DNA of 64,000 bases from a bacterium (GCA_032250835.1 JAVVEA010000001.1:256001-320000); one strand, 5' to 3'; positions 19,083-29,351 are shown, counted from the stretch's first letter. Numbers and translations: made by a program. The notes: generated by a model not told the origin, from the letters alone.

Positions 19083-19838
19083 ATGGACTATCGAGAAATC
19101 TTAATCGTTCACCCTGAACAAACGATCCGGGGCCTAATGGAGGGATACCTCCATTCGGAATTCGAGGATATGATGGTCGTCGAAGCGAGTTCTTCGGAAC
19201 AGGCCGAAGAGCTGCTGAGCGAAAAGGCTTTTGACCTCATCCTGGGTTCGAGCGCTTTGCCCGATGCCTTGGGCGTTCAGTTTTACGTCCGCGCCCGCCG
19301 CTCGCTACAAAATGCCGAGACCCCCTTTGTGATGGTCGTTGACGCCGACTCAAAAGAACCCAGTTCGCGGTTCTTCCAGCACGGCATTGAGCATGTTTTA
19401 CACCTCCCCTTTAGTTCTGACGCCCTACACAAAAAGGTGCGCGCACTGACCAACCCCCGCAACAAGCGCAAGATGCCGCGCTTTTCCTTCCCGGGCATTG
19501 AGGTGCATTTGCTAGATAACAAGGAACGTTTTAAGGGCCGGGTGATCAATTTAAGCCAAAATTCGATTCTTAGTGAAGTGGACTGTTCCAAGGGCTTTCC
19601 TCATCTGCTAGGATCATCCGTTATGGACCTTGTATTTCCCGCTGAGTTAAACGGCATCCATATTGAGGGCATTTCCTGCCGTTTGTCTCGGGTGCGTGTG
19701 TTGGAGTGGAACGACTTCAACGGCCCCCAAAAAATCCGGGTCGCCTGGGCCTTTGTCTCTTTAGAAGGCAGAGCCGCCCGCGATCTCGGTGAAGCCCTCG
19801 ACTTGATTGAACAGGCCTATATCGGCGTGGGCCAGTAG
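19083..19838 (+). CDS. Receiver-like plus PilZ-like domain protein
   Basis: REC-like N-terminus (ILIV...AFDLIL...LPDALG...TPFVMV); RKMPR (RxxxR) and INLS PilZ motifs. Confidence 0.7.
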   Translation: MDYREILIVHPEQTIRGLMEGYLHSEFEDMMVVEASSSEQAEELLSEKAFDLILGSSALPDALGVQFYVRARRSLQNAETPFVMVVDADSKEPSSRFFQHGIEHVLHLPFSSDALHKKVRALTNPRNKRKMPRFSFPGIEVHLLDNKERFKGRVINLSQNSILSEVDCSKGFPHLLGSSVMDLVFPAELNGIHIEGISCRLSRVRVLEWNDFNGPQKIRVAWAFVSLEGRAARDLGEALDLIEQAYIGVGQ

Positions 19839-19870
19839 CCCCGCCAGTACCCAACCCCCCAAGGAGTCCC

Positions 19871-20890
19871 ATGAAGGTTGCCATTGCAGGCGCCACCGGC
19901 GCGGTCGGCGCAGACTTGATCGACTTGTTAGAGCGGCGTAATTTTCCGCTCTCTTCTTTGAAATTGCTGGCCTCAGCTCGTTCTGTGGGCAAAAAGTTGA
20001 CCTTCAAAGGGCAAGAGATCACCGTCGAAGAACTGACCGCAGATAGCTTCGAAGGGATTGATTTGGCTTTCTTTTCAGCCGGTGGGTCGCGTAGCGAAGA
20101 GTTTGCCCCGGCGGCCGTCAAGGCTGGCGCAATCGTGGTGGACAACTCCTCGGCCTTCCGCATGGACGAAGGGGTTCCCTTGGTGGTTCCTGAAGTCAAC
20201 GGGGAGGCGGCCTTTAGCCACCACGGCCTGATCGCCAACCCGAACTGCACCACTATCCAGATGGTCGTCGCGCTCAACCCCTTGCACCAAAAAAGCCCGA
20301 TCCAACGGATCGTGGTCAGTACCTATCAGGCGGTCTCGGGCTCTGGCGCTAAGGCGCTTGAGGAATTGAAGCAACAAACCAAGGATTGGGCGGCTGGAAA
20401 GCCGATGAAAAATGAAATCTACCCCTATCCGATTGCTTTCAACGTGATCCCTCACGTAGACGTCTTTAAGGAGAACGACTACACCAAAGAAGAAATGAAG
20501 ATGGTCTTCGAAACCCGCAAGATCATGAGCGCACCGGACATACGCGTTTCGGCGACTTGTGTGCGGGTGCCGGTGTTCCGTGCCCACTCCGAGTCGATCA
20601 ACATTGAGACCCGAGACAAGATCACCGCTGCCGAGGCGCGCGCGATTTTAGAGCAGGCCCCTGGGGTGGTGGTGTTCGACGAGAAGAAGCCCGGTGGTTA
20701 CCCCGTACCCGCCGAGATCAGCGGCAAATTTGACACCTATGTGGGCCGCATCCGCGAGGATATTTCCTGCGACAACGGCTTAGCCTTATGGGTAGTCGCC
20801 GATCAGCTCTATAAGGGAGCGGCACTCAACGCGATCCAGATTGCCGAAATCTTACTCACCCGCCCCAAAAACCAAGGCGGCTTAGGCTAG
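19871..20890 (+). CDS. asd: Aspartate-semialdehyde dehydrogenase
   Basis: GATGAVG, DNSSAFRM, IANPNCTT, STYQAVSG, TCVRVPVFRAHS. Confidence 0.97.
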   Translation: MKVAIAGATGAVGADLIDLLERRNFPLSSLKLLASARSVGKKLTFKGQEITVEELTADSFEGIDLAFFSAGGSRSEEFAPAAVKAGAIVVDNSSAFRMDEGVPLVVPEVNGEAAFSHHGLIANPNCTTIQMVVALNPLHQKSPIQRIVVSTYQAVSGSGAKALEELKQQTKDWAAGKPMKNEIYPYPIAFNVIPHVDVFKENDYTKEEMKMVFETRKIMSAPDIRVSATCVRVPVFRAHSESINIETRDKITAAEARAILEQAPGVVVFDEKKPGGYPVPAEISGKFDTYVGRIREDISCDNGLALWVVADQLYKGAALNAIQIAEILLTRPKNQGGLG

Positions 20891-20945
20891 GCAATTTCTA
20901 CCGATCGGGCAAAGACCTGAAAGTCGGTAAACTAAGCCTTTAGAG

Positions 20946-20985
20946 AAAAAAGCCCGGTTACCTAATAGGTAACCGGGCTTTTTTT
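20946..20985. terminator. Bidirectional intrinsic terminator downstream of asd
   Basis: aaaaaa-gcccggttaccta-a-taggtaaccgggc-ttttttt, a perfect inverted repeat. Confidence 0.9.
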
Positions 20986-21091
20986 ATTGCTCTTGGCAAC
21001 GCCGCGGAGACGATCTGAAAGGTTCTTGCACCTTATCCCTTACGCTGGGGCCCAAGCTGGTGTCTCCGGTCGAAGCTAACCTCCCAGAGAC

Positions 21092-21133
21092 AAAAAAAGC
21101 CCCGCCGCCCACTTGGGGCCACGGGGCTTTTTT
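21092..21133. terminator. Bidirectional intrinsic terminator downstream of cysK
   Basis: aaaaaaa-gccccg...cggggc-tttttt. Confidence 0.8.
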
Positions 21134-21179
21134 ATTTTCTTCGACCTGCGCTCCTCTACCAAAGCCGCAAATGGGCCTT

Positions 21180-22106
<927 letters not shown>

Positions 22107-22123
22107 GATTCTTCCTGCAAGGT

Positions 22124-22176
22124 ATTCTAGATAACAGTTTATCGGAATTCTTGCGCGGAACTGGACGGGATGTCAA
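22124..22176 (-). promoter_or_regulatory. Putative sigma-70 promoter of cysK with an overlapping imperfect inverted repeat
   Basis: Minus-strand TTGACA (22176-22171), 18-nt spacer, AAGAAT; imperfect repeat attctagataac-a-gtttatcggaat at 22124-22148. Confidence 0.45.
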
Positions 22177-22260
22177 ATAAAAGCGTTAAATTGCTATATT
22201 CGACTATTCAAAGTCTAATTACCCATAGGGCAAGCCCCCCCGGACTTGGAGGGGGGGGAA

Positions 22261-22758
22261 TTAGACGGCCTTGCGCTCGCTGCTTTCGCGGGTCCTTTGC
22301 GGCTCAACCGGTGCTGTTTGCTCTTCGCTAGAAGAACTAGTGATCAGGGCTTCACGGGTAGTGTAGTCCGAATCGATCAGCACGTATTGGTGGCCGATAT
22401 GCGCATCAGAGTTGATCACCAGCGGGCCTTGCAGGTTCACCGTAACGTCGGCGACCTCTTTGGCCATCGTGACGATGCAGTAGACCACCAAGTTGTCCGT
22501 ATCTTCGGCCTTGATCAACTTCAAGTCATTCATGGTGACGTTGAAGTGGTAGTCTGGGCGAACCACCAAAGGATCAACCACCACAAAAGCCAAGGCAGGA
22601 TTATCTAACGATTGCAGCATCATAAAGGGCTGCGAACGTTCTTCTTCCACCAAGGTAAAGCGGGTGCAATCCGGGAAGCCCAAGGGACCTTCTGGAAAAA
22701 TCACGATGTCTTCATGCTCGACTTCGATCATCCCAAAACGGGTAGTTTCGAATTTCAT
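22261..22758 (-). CDS. fliW: Flagellar assembly factor FliW
   Basis: TTRFG, IFPEGPLGF, LQS...LAFVVVDP, TVNLQGPLVIN; adjacent to csrA. Confidence 0.93.
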   Translation of the reverse strand: MKFETTRFGMIEVEHEDIVIFPEGPLGFPDCTRFTLVEEERSQPFMMLQSLDNPALAFVVVDPLVVRPDYHFNVTMNDLKLIKAEDTDNLVVYCIVTMAKEVADVTVNLQGPLVINSDAHIGHQYVLIDSDYTTREALITSSSSEEQTAPVEPQRTRESSERKAV

Positions 22759-22835
22759 TGTACGCCTCGAATTTGGAGTTGTAGCCCCTTACGGGGGGTG
22801 TTTAGGCCCAAGGCCCGAGTCTAAATCTGAATCTG

Positions 22836-23069
22836 TCAGTCTTTTTTCTTCCAGATATCAGAAATGCTTTTTAAGCTGAGCGGGCTTTGTTGGGCCGCCA
22901 GTTTGTTCTCCTCTTGAATCCGCTGGTAGATCTCTTCTCGGTGGATCGAGTACTTTTTAGGTGCCTGGATACCCAAGCGCACCTGTTTTCCTTTGATCTC
23001 CAAGACCTGAATCTTGATGTCGTCACCGATCGTGATCGATTCCCCCAGTTTCCTCGTTAGGATCAACAT
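22836..23069 (-). CDS. csrA: Carbon storage regulator CsrA
   Basis: [18 protein letters not shown]...[21 protein letters not shown] with a C-terminal extension. Confidence 0.97.
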   Translation of the reverse strand: MLILTRKLGESITIGDDIKIQVLEIKGKQVRLGIQAPKKYSIHREEIYQRIQEENKLAAQQSPLSLKSISDIWKKKD

Positions 23070-23152
23070 ACGCCCTCCATGGCGAACGGTTAGCCGCGCC
23101 TCTTATTTCCCGAAGGTTTAAGAGGCCGGAGCTTCAAGCTCCATGCAAATTA

Positions 23153-24859
23153 TCATTTCAAGAACTGGACCAGAGTCGGCTGAATTAAGCGAGCCGAAGC
23201 ATCTAATGCCGTTTGGTGCTTTAATTCTGCTTTGTTCAAATCCAAAGCACCCTTGGCTAGATCCATATCCTGGATTTCCGAGAGCTCACCAGCTTTATAG
23301 TCCATGTTCTGCTTAAGCCGGTCTTCAGACGATTCCAACTCTAACACCCTAGAACCGATTTCGGAGCGGGCCTTCAAGAGCTGGTTGATCGCCTTATCCA
23401 TATCGGAGATGGACTCCAATACGGCTTCCTGCTCGTCGTCTCGCAACGATTGGATCAGCCGGTTGAGCACCTCGAAGGTGTTGACCGAATCAGGATCTTC
23501 GTCGCGCTTCATGAACATCTCTGGCGCGGTGGTGTTCAAAGCAACTTTGATACCATTATCAATGGGCACTTGTTTGACCACGTCGTTTCCATGGTATTCT
23601 ACAAACTCATTGCCTTCGAACTGGAACTCAACACCCTCTAAGAAATAAGGTTTGCCCGGTGCATCAAAAATCAACCGAACTTTATCCGACGGTTTCCCTT
23701 CTGGATTGTAGATTTCATTTTGCTTATTTAACACCTCTGGGCGAGACCAAGTCTCCCCCCCATCGTCGGAAACAACAAACCGCGCCGTGCCGTAGGTGCC
23801 CGCTTTTGAGACCCGGACCAAGTAACTTTCCTTCGAATAGCCCTTAAAGGTCGGCGAATAGGTTTCAAAGGGAATGGGCTCGTCGGTCGGCTTGGGCGCG
23901 TTGTCGCCCGCCACGTCCTCGGCTCCTTGTAGGGGTTGAAGCTGCTGATCTGCCGTCTGGCCTAAGAACTTAAACCCCATGGCCTTCACGAACCCGGTGG
24001 TGTCTTCGCCAAACTTAAAGCTATGCTGCGGGCTAGGGTCCAGATATAGATGCCCATCTACCCCGATCTGCGCAAAGAGGCGGGTCTTAAAGCCCACAGG
24101 ACTCTCTGGATCTTCCATAAAGCCCTCGGCTTCAATGAAGGCGTCATTTAGCTTTTTAACCACCTCTTCAAGGCTCTCATCCCCCATCAAGTCGATTTCT
24201 ACCGGCTTGGGACCGGCCTCTTCACCCTCCAGAGGCGGCAGGGGGTTTCCTTCGGCGTCTAATATAGGCGGCGGCTCCACAAAGAGCTGGAGTTTTCCGG
24301 GCATCATGCCTGGAACCACCTGATTGATCGGCTTGTCCTGATCCAAGGGGATCACCTCACGATCGGCCTTAATCCGCAGACCGTCGAATTGGATCTCTGC
24401 TGGTTTTAATTCGCTGTTTAACTTAAGCGGCTCCGTGAAGGTCTTGGTCCCCGAAAAGAGGAAAAGTTTGCCTTCGCGCTTGTTGGCCAGCTTGATGAGG
24501 TCATCGGTGATCATCTTGATCTCTGTAGACAACACGGCCCGCTGCTCTTTGGGGATACCACCGTTGGCCCCTTGTAGCGCCATTTCCTTGAGCTTCATCA
24601 TGGTCTCAGTAATCTGGCTGGTCGCCGCTTCGGTGGCATTCAGCCAGACCTTGTCGGAGCCAATGTTTTTTTCCAGATTCTGGGAGCGGTTGATGCTGGT
24701 ATGGAAGTCTTGGACCATAGCCGCGCCGACCGGGTCGTCTGAAGGCTTGTTCAACTTCTTACCGTTGGACATACCGATCATCAATTCCTGCAACTCCTCG
24801 GCATTTTTGCCCAGGTTTGCCGAAACGGCCTTATGTTTTGTCTGATCAGTAACGCGCAT
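23153..24859 (-). CDS. flgL: Flagellar hook-associated protein 3
   Basis: MRVT, GKKLNKPSDDP, FLFSGTKT, C-terminal QPTLVQFLK; follows flgK. Confidence 0.92.
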   Translation of the reverse strand: MRVTDQTKHKAVSANLGKNAEELQELMIGMSNGKKLNKPSDDPVGAAMVQDFHTSINRSQNLEKNIGSDKVWLNATEAATSQITETMMKLKEMALQGANGGIPKEQRAVLSTEIKMITDDLIKLANKREGKLFLFSGTKTFTEPLKLNSELKPAEIQFDGLRIKADREVIPLDQDKPINQVVPGMMPGKLQLFVEPPPILDAEGNPLPPLEGEEAGPKPVEIDLMGDESLEEVVKKLNDAFIEAEGFMEDPESPVGFKTRLFAQIGVDGHLYLDPSPQHSFKFGEDTTGFVKAMGFKFLGQTADQQLQPLQGAEDVAGDNAPKPTDEPIPFETYSPTFKGYSKESYLVRVSKAGTYGTARFVVSDDGGETWSRPEVLNKQNEIYNPEGKPSDKVRLIFDAPGKPYFLEGVEFQFEGNEFVEYHGNDVVKQVPIDNGIKVALNTTAPEMFMKRDEDPDSVNTFEVLNRLIQSLRDDEQEAVLESISDMDKAINQLLKARSEIGSRVLELESSEDRLKQNMDYKAGELSEIQDMDLAKGALDLNKAELKHQTALDASARLIQPTLVQFLK

Positions 24860-24869
24860 TTTGCCTGCC

Positions 24870-26597
24870 TTACATGTTGATCAAGGTCTGGGTCATCTGG
24901 TCCACCGTGCTCATATACCGCGCACTGGACTCATAGGCCCGCTGATACTTGACCATATTGGCCATTTCCTCATCCAAGTTGACCGAAGACACCGAGTCGC
25001 GCAGCGCCTCGTACTGTTGGAGCATGTCGCTGTGGTTAGAAAGCCCCTTTTGGCTGTCTTGTACCTTCAGGCCGATATCCGTGATTTGGACGTTGTAAAA
25101 CTCGTCAAAACTTAAGTCGCCACTAGAGCCTAAGACCCCTTTCATCCGCAGGTCCGTCATCGCAGTAGCTACCGAGTTGTCGCCGGGGGTCATATTGTGG
25201 CCCGTGGCGATCTTCATTTCGTCGTCGAGCAATTCTTGGTTCACCCGGATGTCTCCGGCACCGCCTAGGGCCTGAAAAAAACCATTGAAGCCCAAAACCG
25301 CCAGCGCATTGGAGCTGTCCCCGTTGTAGTGGAACTGATGTCCCTGGTCGGCCTTTAAGTGAACCGCTCCATCGGCACCGATGTTGGCCAGGAACAGGGG
25401 GTTTTCCTTTAGTTTTTCGTTGCCCTCAGCATCGACCTCATAAGACCCTGCGGCCCGGTTGATCTTTTCGACCAAGCTACGCACGCTGTCCTTTCCGGCT
25501 TCTACCTGCACATTTATGGTTAGGTCCTGGTTTTGGTCTTTGTCGTAAAGCTTGATTTCAAAGGCCCCGTTTTGTAGGAACGGCAAAGGCTGGTCCAAGG
25601 CTTCTGGGTTGAGCGAGTAGGCGCTGGTTTCGGTGGTCTGTAAGGCATTGATGCCCGTACCGCCTGCGTGGATCGAGTTCACCTGAAAGGCTAGCTCTTT
25701 AGCCAGCAGGTCGATGTTTTGCTGGTACTGGCGCACGTTGGTGTCGCGCTGGGTGATGTACTCTTTGATCGCGCCGCCGGTGACAATATCGGTCACGTCG
25801 GCTTCTTGGCCCGTGGGGGTCTTTAAGCCCAAACGGAAATCACCCTTGAGTTCCGCGTTGGTCAGTGCGGTCATCTCGTAGGCCGTACGTCCATGGACAA
25901 TCGCTTGTCCGTTGGGAATCTGGACTTCCATGGTGCCGCGCTCATTTTCGAAGTAGCGCACTTCCACCAGAGTCGATAGATCCTGTAACATCTTCTCGCG
26001 TGCGTCGCGCGCATCGTTCGCCGGGCGGCCCTGCTTTTCCAGCTGTTCCACCTGTTTGTTGAGTTCAGCAATCTGGCGGGCGGCTTGGTTGACCTCTAAA
26101 ATCTTCGCTTTGATGCGGCCGTTGAGGTTGCCCTGCAATTCCTTGAGGCGGCCATCAAAAATATTGAAGCGGTCGGCCAGGGCGCTGGCCTTGGACAATA
26201 GGTTTTTGCGCATGGTCACCGATTCCGGCTCGTGGCCCAGGTTGTTCCAGGCATCCCAGAACTCGTCTAAAGAGCCGCGCAGGCGGTTGCCCTCCAGATC
26301 GGTGAAAATAATTTCCGCTTCGTTGAGGACCTTCTCACGGGTTTCCCAGCTACCTACCTTGGTCTGTTCGCCGATCACTTTTTCTTTGGTAAATCCGTCG
26401 GTATGGCGGCGGATGCCTTGGATGTCGACACCGTTCCCTCGGCCTCCGTTGTTCGGCTGGGCGCTGGTCTGTAGGACTTCCTGGCGGGAAAAGCCCTCAG
26501 TATCCACGTTGGCAATGTTGTGCCCGGTGGTCTGCTGGCCCTGCTGGGCAGCGCTTAGGGATTTTTTACCGACCTCGAAGGCCCCAAGAATTGACAT
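24870..26597 (-). CDS. flgK: Flagellar hook-associated protein 1
   Basis: GHNIANVDTEGFSRQ, C-terminal VNLDEEMANMVKYQRAYESSAR. Confidence 0.95.
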   Translation of the reverse strand: MSILGAFEVGKKSLSAAQQGQQTTGHNIANVDTEGFSRQEVLQTSAQPNNGGRGNGVDIQGIRRHTDGFTKEKVIGEQTKVGSWETREKVLNEAEIIFTDLEGNRLRGSLDEFWDAWNNLGHEPESVTMRKNLLSKASALADRFNIFDGRLKELQGNLNGRIKAKILEVNQAARQIAELNKQVEQLEKQGRPANDARDAREKMLQDLSTLVEVRYFENERGTMEVQIPNGQAIVHGRTAYEMTALTNAELKGDFRLGLKTPTGQEADVTDIVTGGAIKEYITQRDTNVRQYQQNIDLLAKELAFQVNSIHAGGTGINALQTTETSAYSLNPEALDQPLPFLQNGAFEIKLYDKDQNQDLTINVQVEAGKDSVRSLVEKINRAAGSYEVDAEGNEKLKENPLFLANIGADGAVHLKADQGHQFHYNGDSSNALAVLGFNGFFQALGGAGDIRVNQELLDDEMKIATGHNMTPGDNSVATAMTDLRMKGVLGSSGDLSFDEFYNVQITDIGLKVQDSQKGLSNHSDMLQQYEALRDSVSSVNLDEEMANMVKYQRAYESSARYMSTVDQMTQTLINM

Positions 26598-26735
26598 GGG
26601 AACTTGTCCTTAAGAGTGTGTGACTGGCCGCCTTCTAAACCCGAACGGTCTAGAGGCCGCAAGACTCCTAAGGTCTTAAATGCAAAAAGCCGACACTTTG
26701 GCCGGCTTTTCTAAAAAAAAATGAGATTTTTGGGA

Positions 26736-27227
26736 TTAGACCGATTTCTCAAGGAAAAGGGCTCCCTTGGGCTGGTTGACTTTGCCGTACTGGCTATAGG
26801 TCGGCTGGCGTTTGAAGGTCTTATGCAAAGAATTGCTGACCTCAGAAAAACAATTGGCCCGGTTTTGGGCGCGGCGCGCATTTTCTCGGGCTTGGGCTTG
26901 AATTGGCTCCATAAGGCCCAACAATGAACTTTTAAGTTCTTTAAGTAATTTGGCCTCGGCCTCGGGGGCTTTGGCGGCTATGGCCTCTAAATTAGAGTCC
27001 GGTTCGAGTTGATGTTCCCTAATAAAAGCGGTCACCATTTTCAGGCGGCCCTGCTCTAGCCCTTGGATCCGCTCGCTGATCCGGTCCCGTTGCGACAGCA
27101 CATCTTCGATGTCACTCAAAGAGCTACGGGGGCCAATTTCTTGGGCCTCCATCACCAAAACCTGATGCAACAGCTGATGCCATTCCACCTGGGCTTTGAG
27201 GTTATCAATTAGGGATTTAAGGATCAT
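26736..27227 (-). CDS. flgN: Flagellar export chaperone FlgN
   Basis: Helical 163-aa protein between flgM and flgK with C-terminal TYSQYG. Confidence 0.75.
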   Translation of the reverse strand: MILKSLIDNLKAQVEWHQLLHQVLVMEAQEIGPRSSLSDIEDVLSQRDRISERIQGLEQGRLKMVTAFIREHQLEPDSNLEAIAAKAPEAEAKLLKELKSSLLGLMEPIQAQARENARRAQNRANCFSEVSNSLHKTFKRQPTYSQYGKVNQPKGALFLEKSV

Positions 27228-27236
27228 CGGGGTTCC

Positions 27237-27536
27237 TTAGGTGTCTTCAATGGCTGAGTCTTTCAGCAAATTGGCCGCCAATTTGGCGCTATCTACTTGG
27301 TACTCGCCTTTCTTGATCCGCTCTTTAAGTGCTTTGACCTTTTCCAGATTAACGTCCGGCTCGCCGTCGATTTTGGCGCGCACTTTATTTAACGTTAGAT
27401 TCTGGGTGACTGGGCGGTTTTCAATGGGGCCTTTGGCCTCCGCCTTGGCGGATTTCGAAGCCCCATCTTTTCCTCCCGGCCCTTGGACATTGCGATCTTG
27501 GGCGGTCGGTTTAGTGTATTGACCGTGAATCTTCAT
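27237..27536 (-). CDS. flgM: Anti-sigma-28 factor FlgM
   Basis: PDVNLEKVKALKERIKKGEYQVDSAKLAANLL. Confidence 0.92.
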   Translation of the reverse strand: MKIHGQYTKPTAQDRNVQGPGGKDGASKSAKAEAKGPIENRPVTQNLTLNKVRAKIDGEPDVNLEKVKALKERIKKGEYQVDSAKLAANLLKDSAIEDT

Positions 27537-27584
27537 CGCTTCCCTTTGCTTTGAGGGTCCCTTGTGAAAAAACCTGTTGCTTCC

Positions 27585-27611
27585 TTATCGGAAGTCTTGG
27601 GAAAAACTTTA
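27585..27611 (-). promoter_or_regulatory. Sigma-28 (FliA) promoter, flgM-proximal
   Basis: Minus strand TAAAGTTT-N11-TCCGATAA (TAAA-N15-TCCGATAA). Confidence 0.85.
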
Positions 27612-27664
27612 ACAAAATCTTCAGGTGCCGTCATGTCATTTCCATTTAAGCCCTGATGCCTCCC

Positions 27665-27692
27665 TTATCGGCTAGCGGGACCCAAAACTTTA
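27665..27692 (-). promoter_or_regulatory. Sigma-28 (FliA) promoter, flgM-distal
   Basis: Minus strand TAAA-N16-GCCGATAA, starting TAAAGTTT; the -35 overlaps the flgJ stop codon. Confidence 0.75.
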
Positions 27693-28043
27693 AGACTTCT
27701 TGGTATTTTCGTAAATCCAGTCCGAAAGCCCCAAGGAGCGGGTGCGCGTCAGGAGCTGAGAATAATTTTCATCCAGCATGTCTTGAAAAATCTCTTCACC
27801 GGCACCGCCGCTGATGAAATCTGACTTAAAAACATTGCTGCGCATAGACTGCAACATCTTCTTGGTAAAGATTTCTTCAAAACCGTCGCTGGCCACTTTC
27901 AACTCTTTGTTGAACTGCGCCTTTTCTGCGTCTCCTTCAACCGCATTCTTGCGGTTAGCCAGACGGGCGAGATCGTTTTGTCCACCCACCGCTGGGCGCC
28001 GCATCCGTACGGCGGAGATTTGGGCTTGAATATCGTTGAGCAT
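27690..28043 (-). CDS. flgJ: Short FlgJ (rod-binding domain only)
   Basis: LKVASDGFEEIF..KMLQSMR...EEIFQDMLDENYS...LGLSD; follows flgI; no muramidase domain. Confidence 0.85.
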   Translation of the reverse strand: MLNDIQAQISAVRMRRPAVGGQNDLARLANRKNAVEGDAEKAQFNKELKVASDGFEEIFTKKMLQSMRSNVFKSDFISGGAGEEIFQDMLDENYSQLLTRTRSLGLSDWIYENTKKS

Positions 28044-28067
28044 AACCTTTCCTTGGTGTTGCTTGGA

Positions 28068-29198
28068 CTATTTGATGATCAATTCGGCCTGAAGAGCGCC
28101 AGCGGACTTGATGGTCTTTAAGACCTCGATCAAGTCAGAGTTGCTGATGCCGATCTTGTTGAGGCCGTCTACCACTTCCTTAATGTCTACGCCGCCTTTA
28201 AAGAGGATCACGTTACCCTGTTCTTCTGGTTCCGGTGGCGGTTCGGGCTGGTTGCCTCGGCGTGCGTTGGGGTCAGCGACCTTGCGCTTCTCGCCGATGC
28301 GGATGTTTAGATTCCCGTAAGAGATGGCAATCGGCAAGATACGCACATGGGTGCCCATCACAATCGTGCCGGTGCGCTCGTCTAAGACCACCTTAGCGAT
28401 GGCGTCGGGTTCGATGTCCATATTCTCAATCCGGCTCATCAACTCTACGGTTTGGCCTAGGTAACTCGAAGGTACCGAGATTTCCACGGTGCCGGCGTCC
28501 GAAGCGCGGGCCGAGCCGTCACCTAAATTACGGTTGATTACCTTGGCTAGGCGGAAGCTGGTGGTGAAGTCCGGTTCTTTAAGATTTAAGAAGAGGCGGG
28601 TGCGGGTGTTCAACTCAAGGTTGATTTCGCGTTCCACTAAGGCCCCACCAACGACACGGCCCACGGTAGGCACAATATTCCGGCGGGGGTCAAATTTGAA
28701 CTCTTCAGCACCGATCATGGCGCGCGCCTCGGGCAGTTCCACACCCATCGGCACGTCCACTACCGGGCCTTGGGCGACTGCAAAGACTTCACGCGAAGGG
28801 GCCCGCAGCGGGGTCATGATCAAGATACCGCCGCGTAGGCTGACTGAGTCGCCGAGGGCACTGACGGTAACATCTAGTTTTTGGCCCTGCTTAGCGAAGG
28901 CCGGTAGGGTGGCGGTGACCATGACGGCCGCAATCGAGCGGCCTTTGATCTCGTTTAATGCCATCGAGACGCCCATCCGTTCTAAAGCGTTGCGCAGCGG
29001 TTTGCGGCTCATCAGCGAGTCGGGCGTGTCACCGGTTCCGTTGAGGCCGATCACAATAGAAAAGCCAATCAATTGGTTGTCACGCATCCCGCGGATGCCC
29101 GCCAAGTCTTTGATCCTAACCGCCCAAGCGGTGTCGGCAAAGGCCAAGAGGGCCATCAGGAAAATTATGCTGGTGCGTTTTAAACTGGCAGTGCTCAT
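28068..29198 (-). CDS. flgI: Flagellar P-ring protein
   Basis: RIKDL, NQLIGF..VIGLNGTGD, AAVMVTATLP, ERTGTIVMG, AGALQAEL. Confidence 0.96.
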   Translation of the reverse strand: MSTASLKRTSIIFLMALLAFADTAWAVRIKDLAGIRGMRDNQLIGFSIVIGLNGTGDTPDSLMSRKPLRNALERMGVSMALNEIKGRSIAAVMVTATLPAFAKQGQKLDVTVSALGDSVSLRGGILIMTPLRAPSREVFAVAQGPVVDVPMGVELPEARAMIGAEEFKFDPRRNIVPTVGRVVGGALVEREINLELNTRTRLFLNLKEPDFTTSFRLAKVINRNLGDGSARASDAGTVEISVPSSYLGQTVELMSRIENMDIEPDAIAKVVLDERTGTIVMGTHVRILPIAISYGNLNIRIGEKRKVADPNARRGNQPEPPPEPEEQGNVILFKGGVDIKEVVDGLNKIGISNSDLIEVLKTIKSAGALQAELIIK

Positions 29199-29256
29199 CA
29201 GCGTCTCGCTTCAGTGGGTAGTCGGTTGCCTACGGATAGGTCTTCTATCACTATAA

Positions 29257-29272
29257 TGCACAGGCCGTACCT
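29257..29272 (-). promoter_or_regulatory. Putative sigma-54 promoter upstream of flgI
   Basis: Minus strand AGGTACGGCCTGTGCA = GG-N10-GC. Confidence 0.5.
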
Positions 29273-29316
29273 TTTGAACGAGGATGGCGGCATGATGAGC
29301 TGCGTAGAGCGGGGGC

Positions 29317-29351
29317 AAAAAAAAAGCCCCCATTTTGGGGGCCTCTTTTTT
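29317..29351 (-). terminator. Intrinsic terminator after flgH
   Basis: Minus strand gccccc-aaaat-gggggc followed by T9; a T tract on the + side as well. Confidence 0.75.

Noticed and set aside
26680..26700. Sigma-54 site upstream of flgK (GTGTCGGCTTTTTGCA)
   Set aside because: Has TG rather than the invariant GG at -24.
28489..29256. Long antisense ORFs such as the 255-aa frame opposite flgI, and similar ones opposite flgK, cysK, cobT and holA
   Set aside because: Shadow ORFs of GC-rich coding sequence with no motifs.
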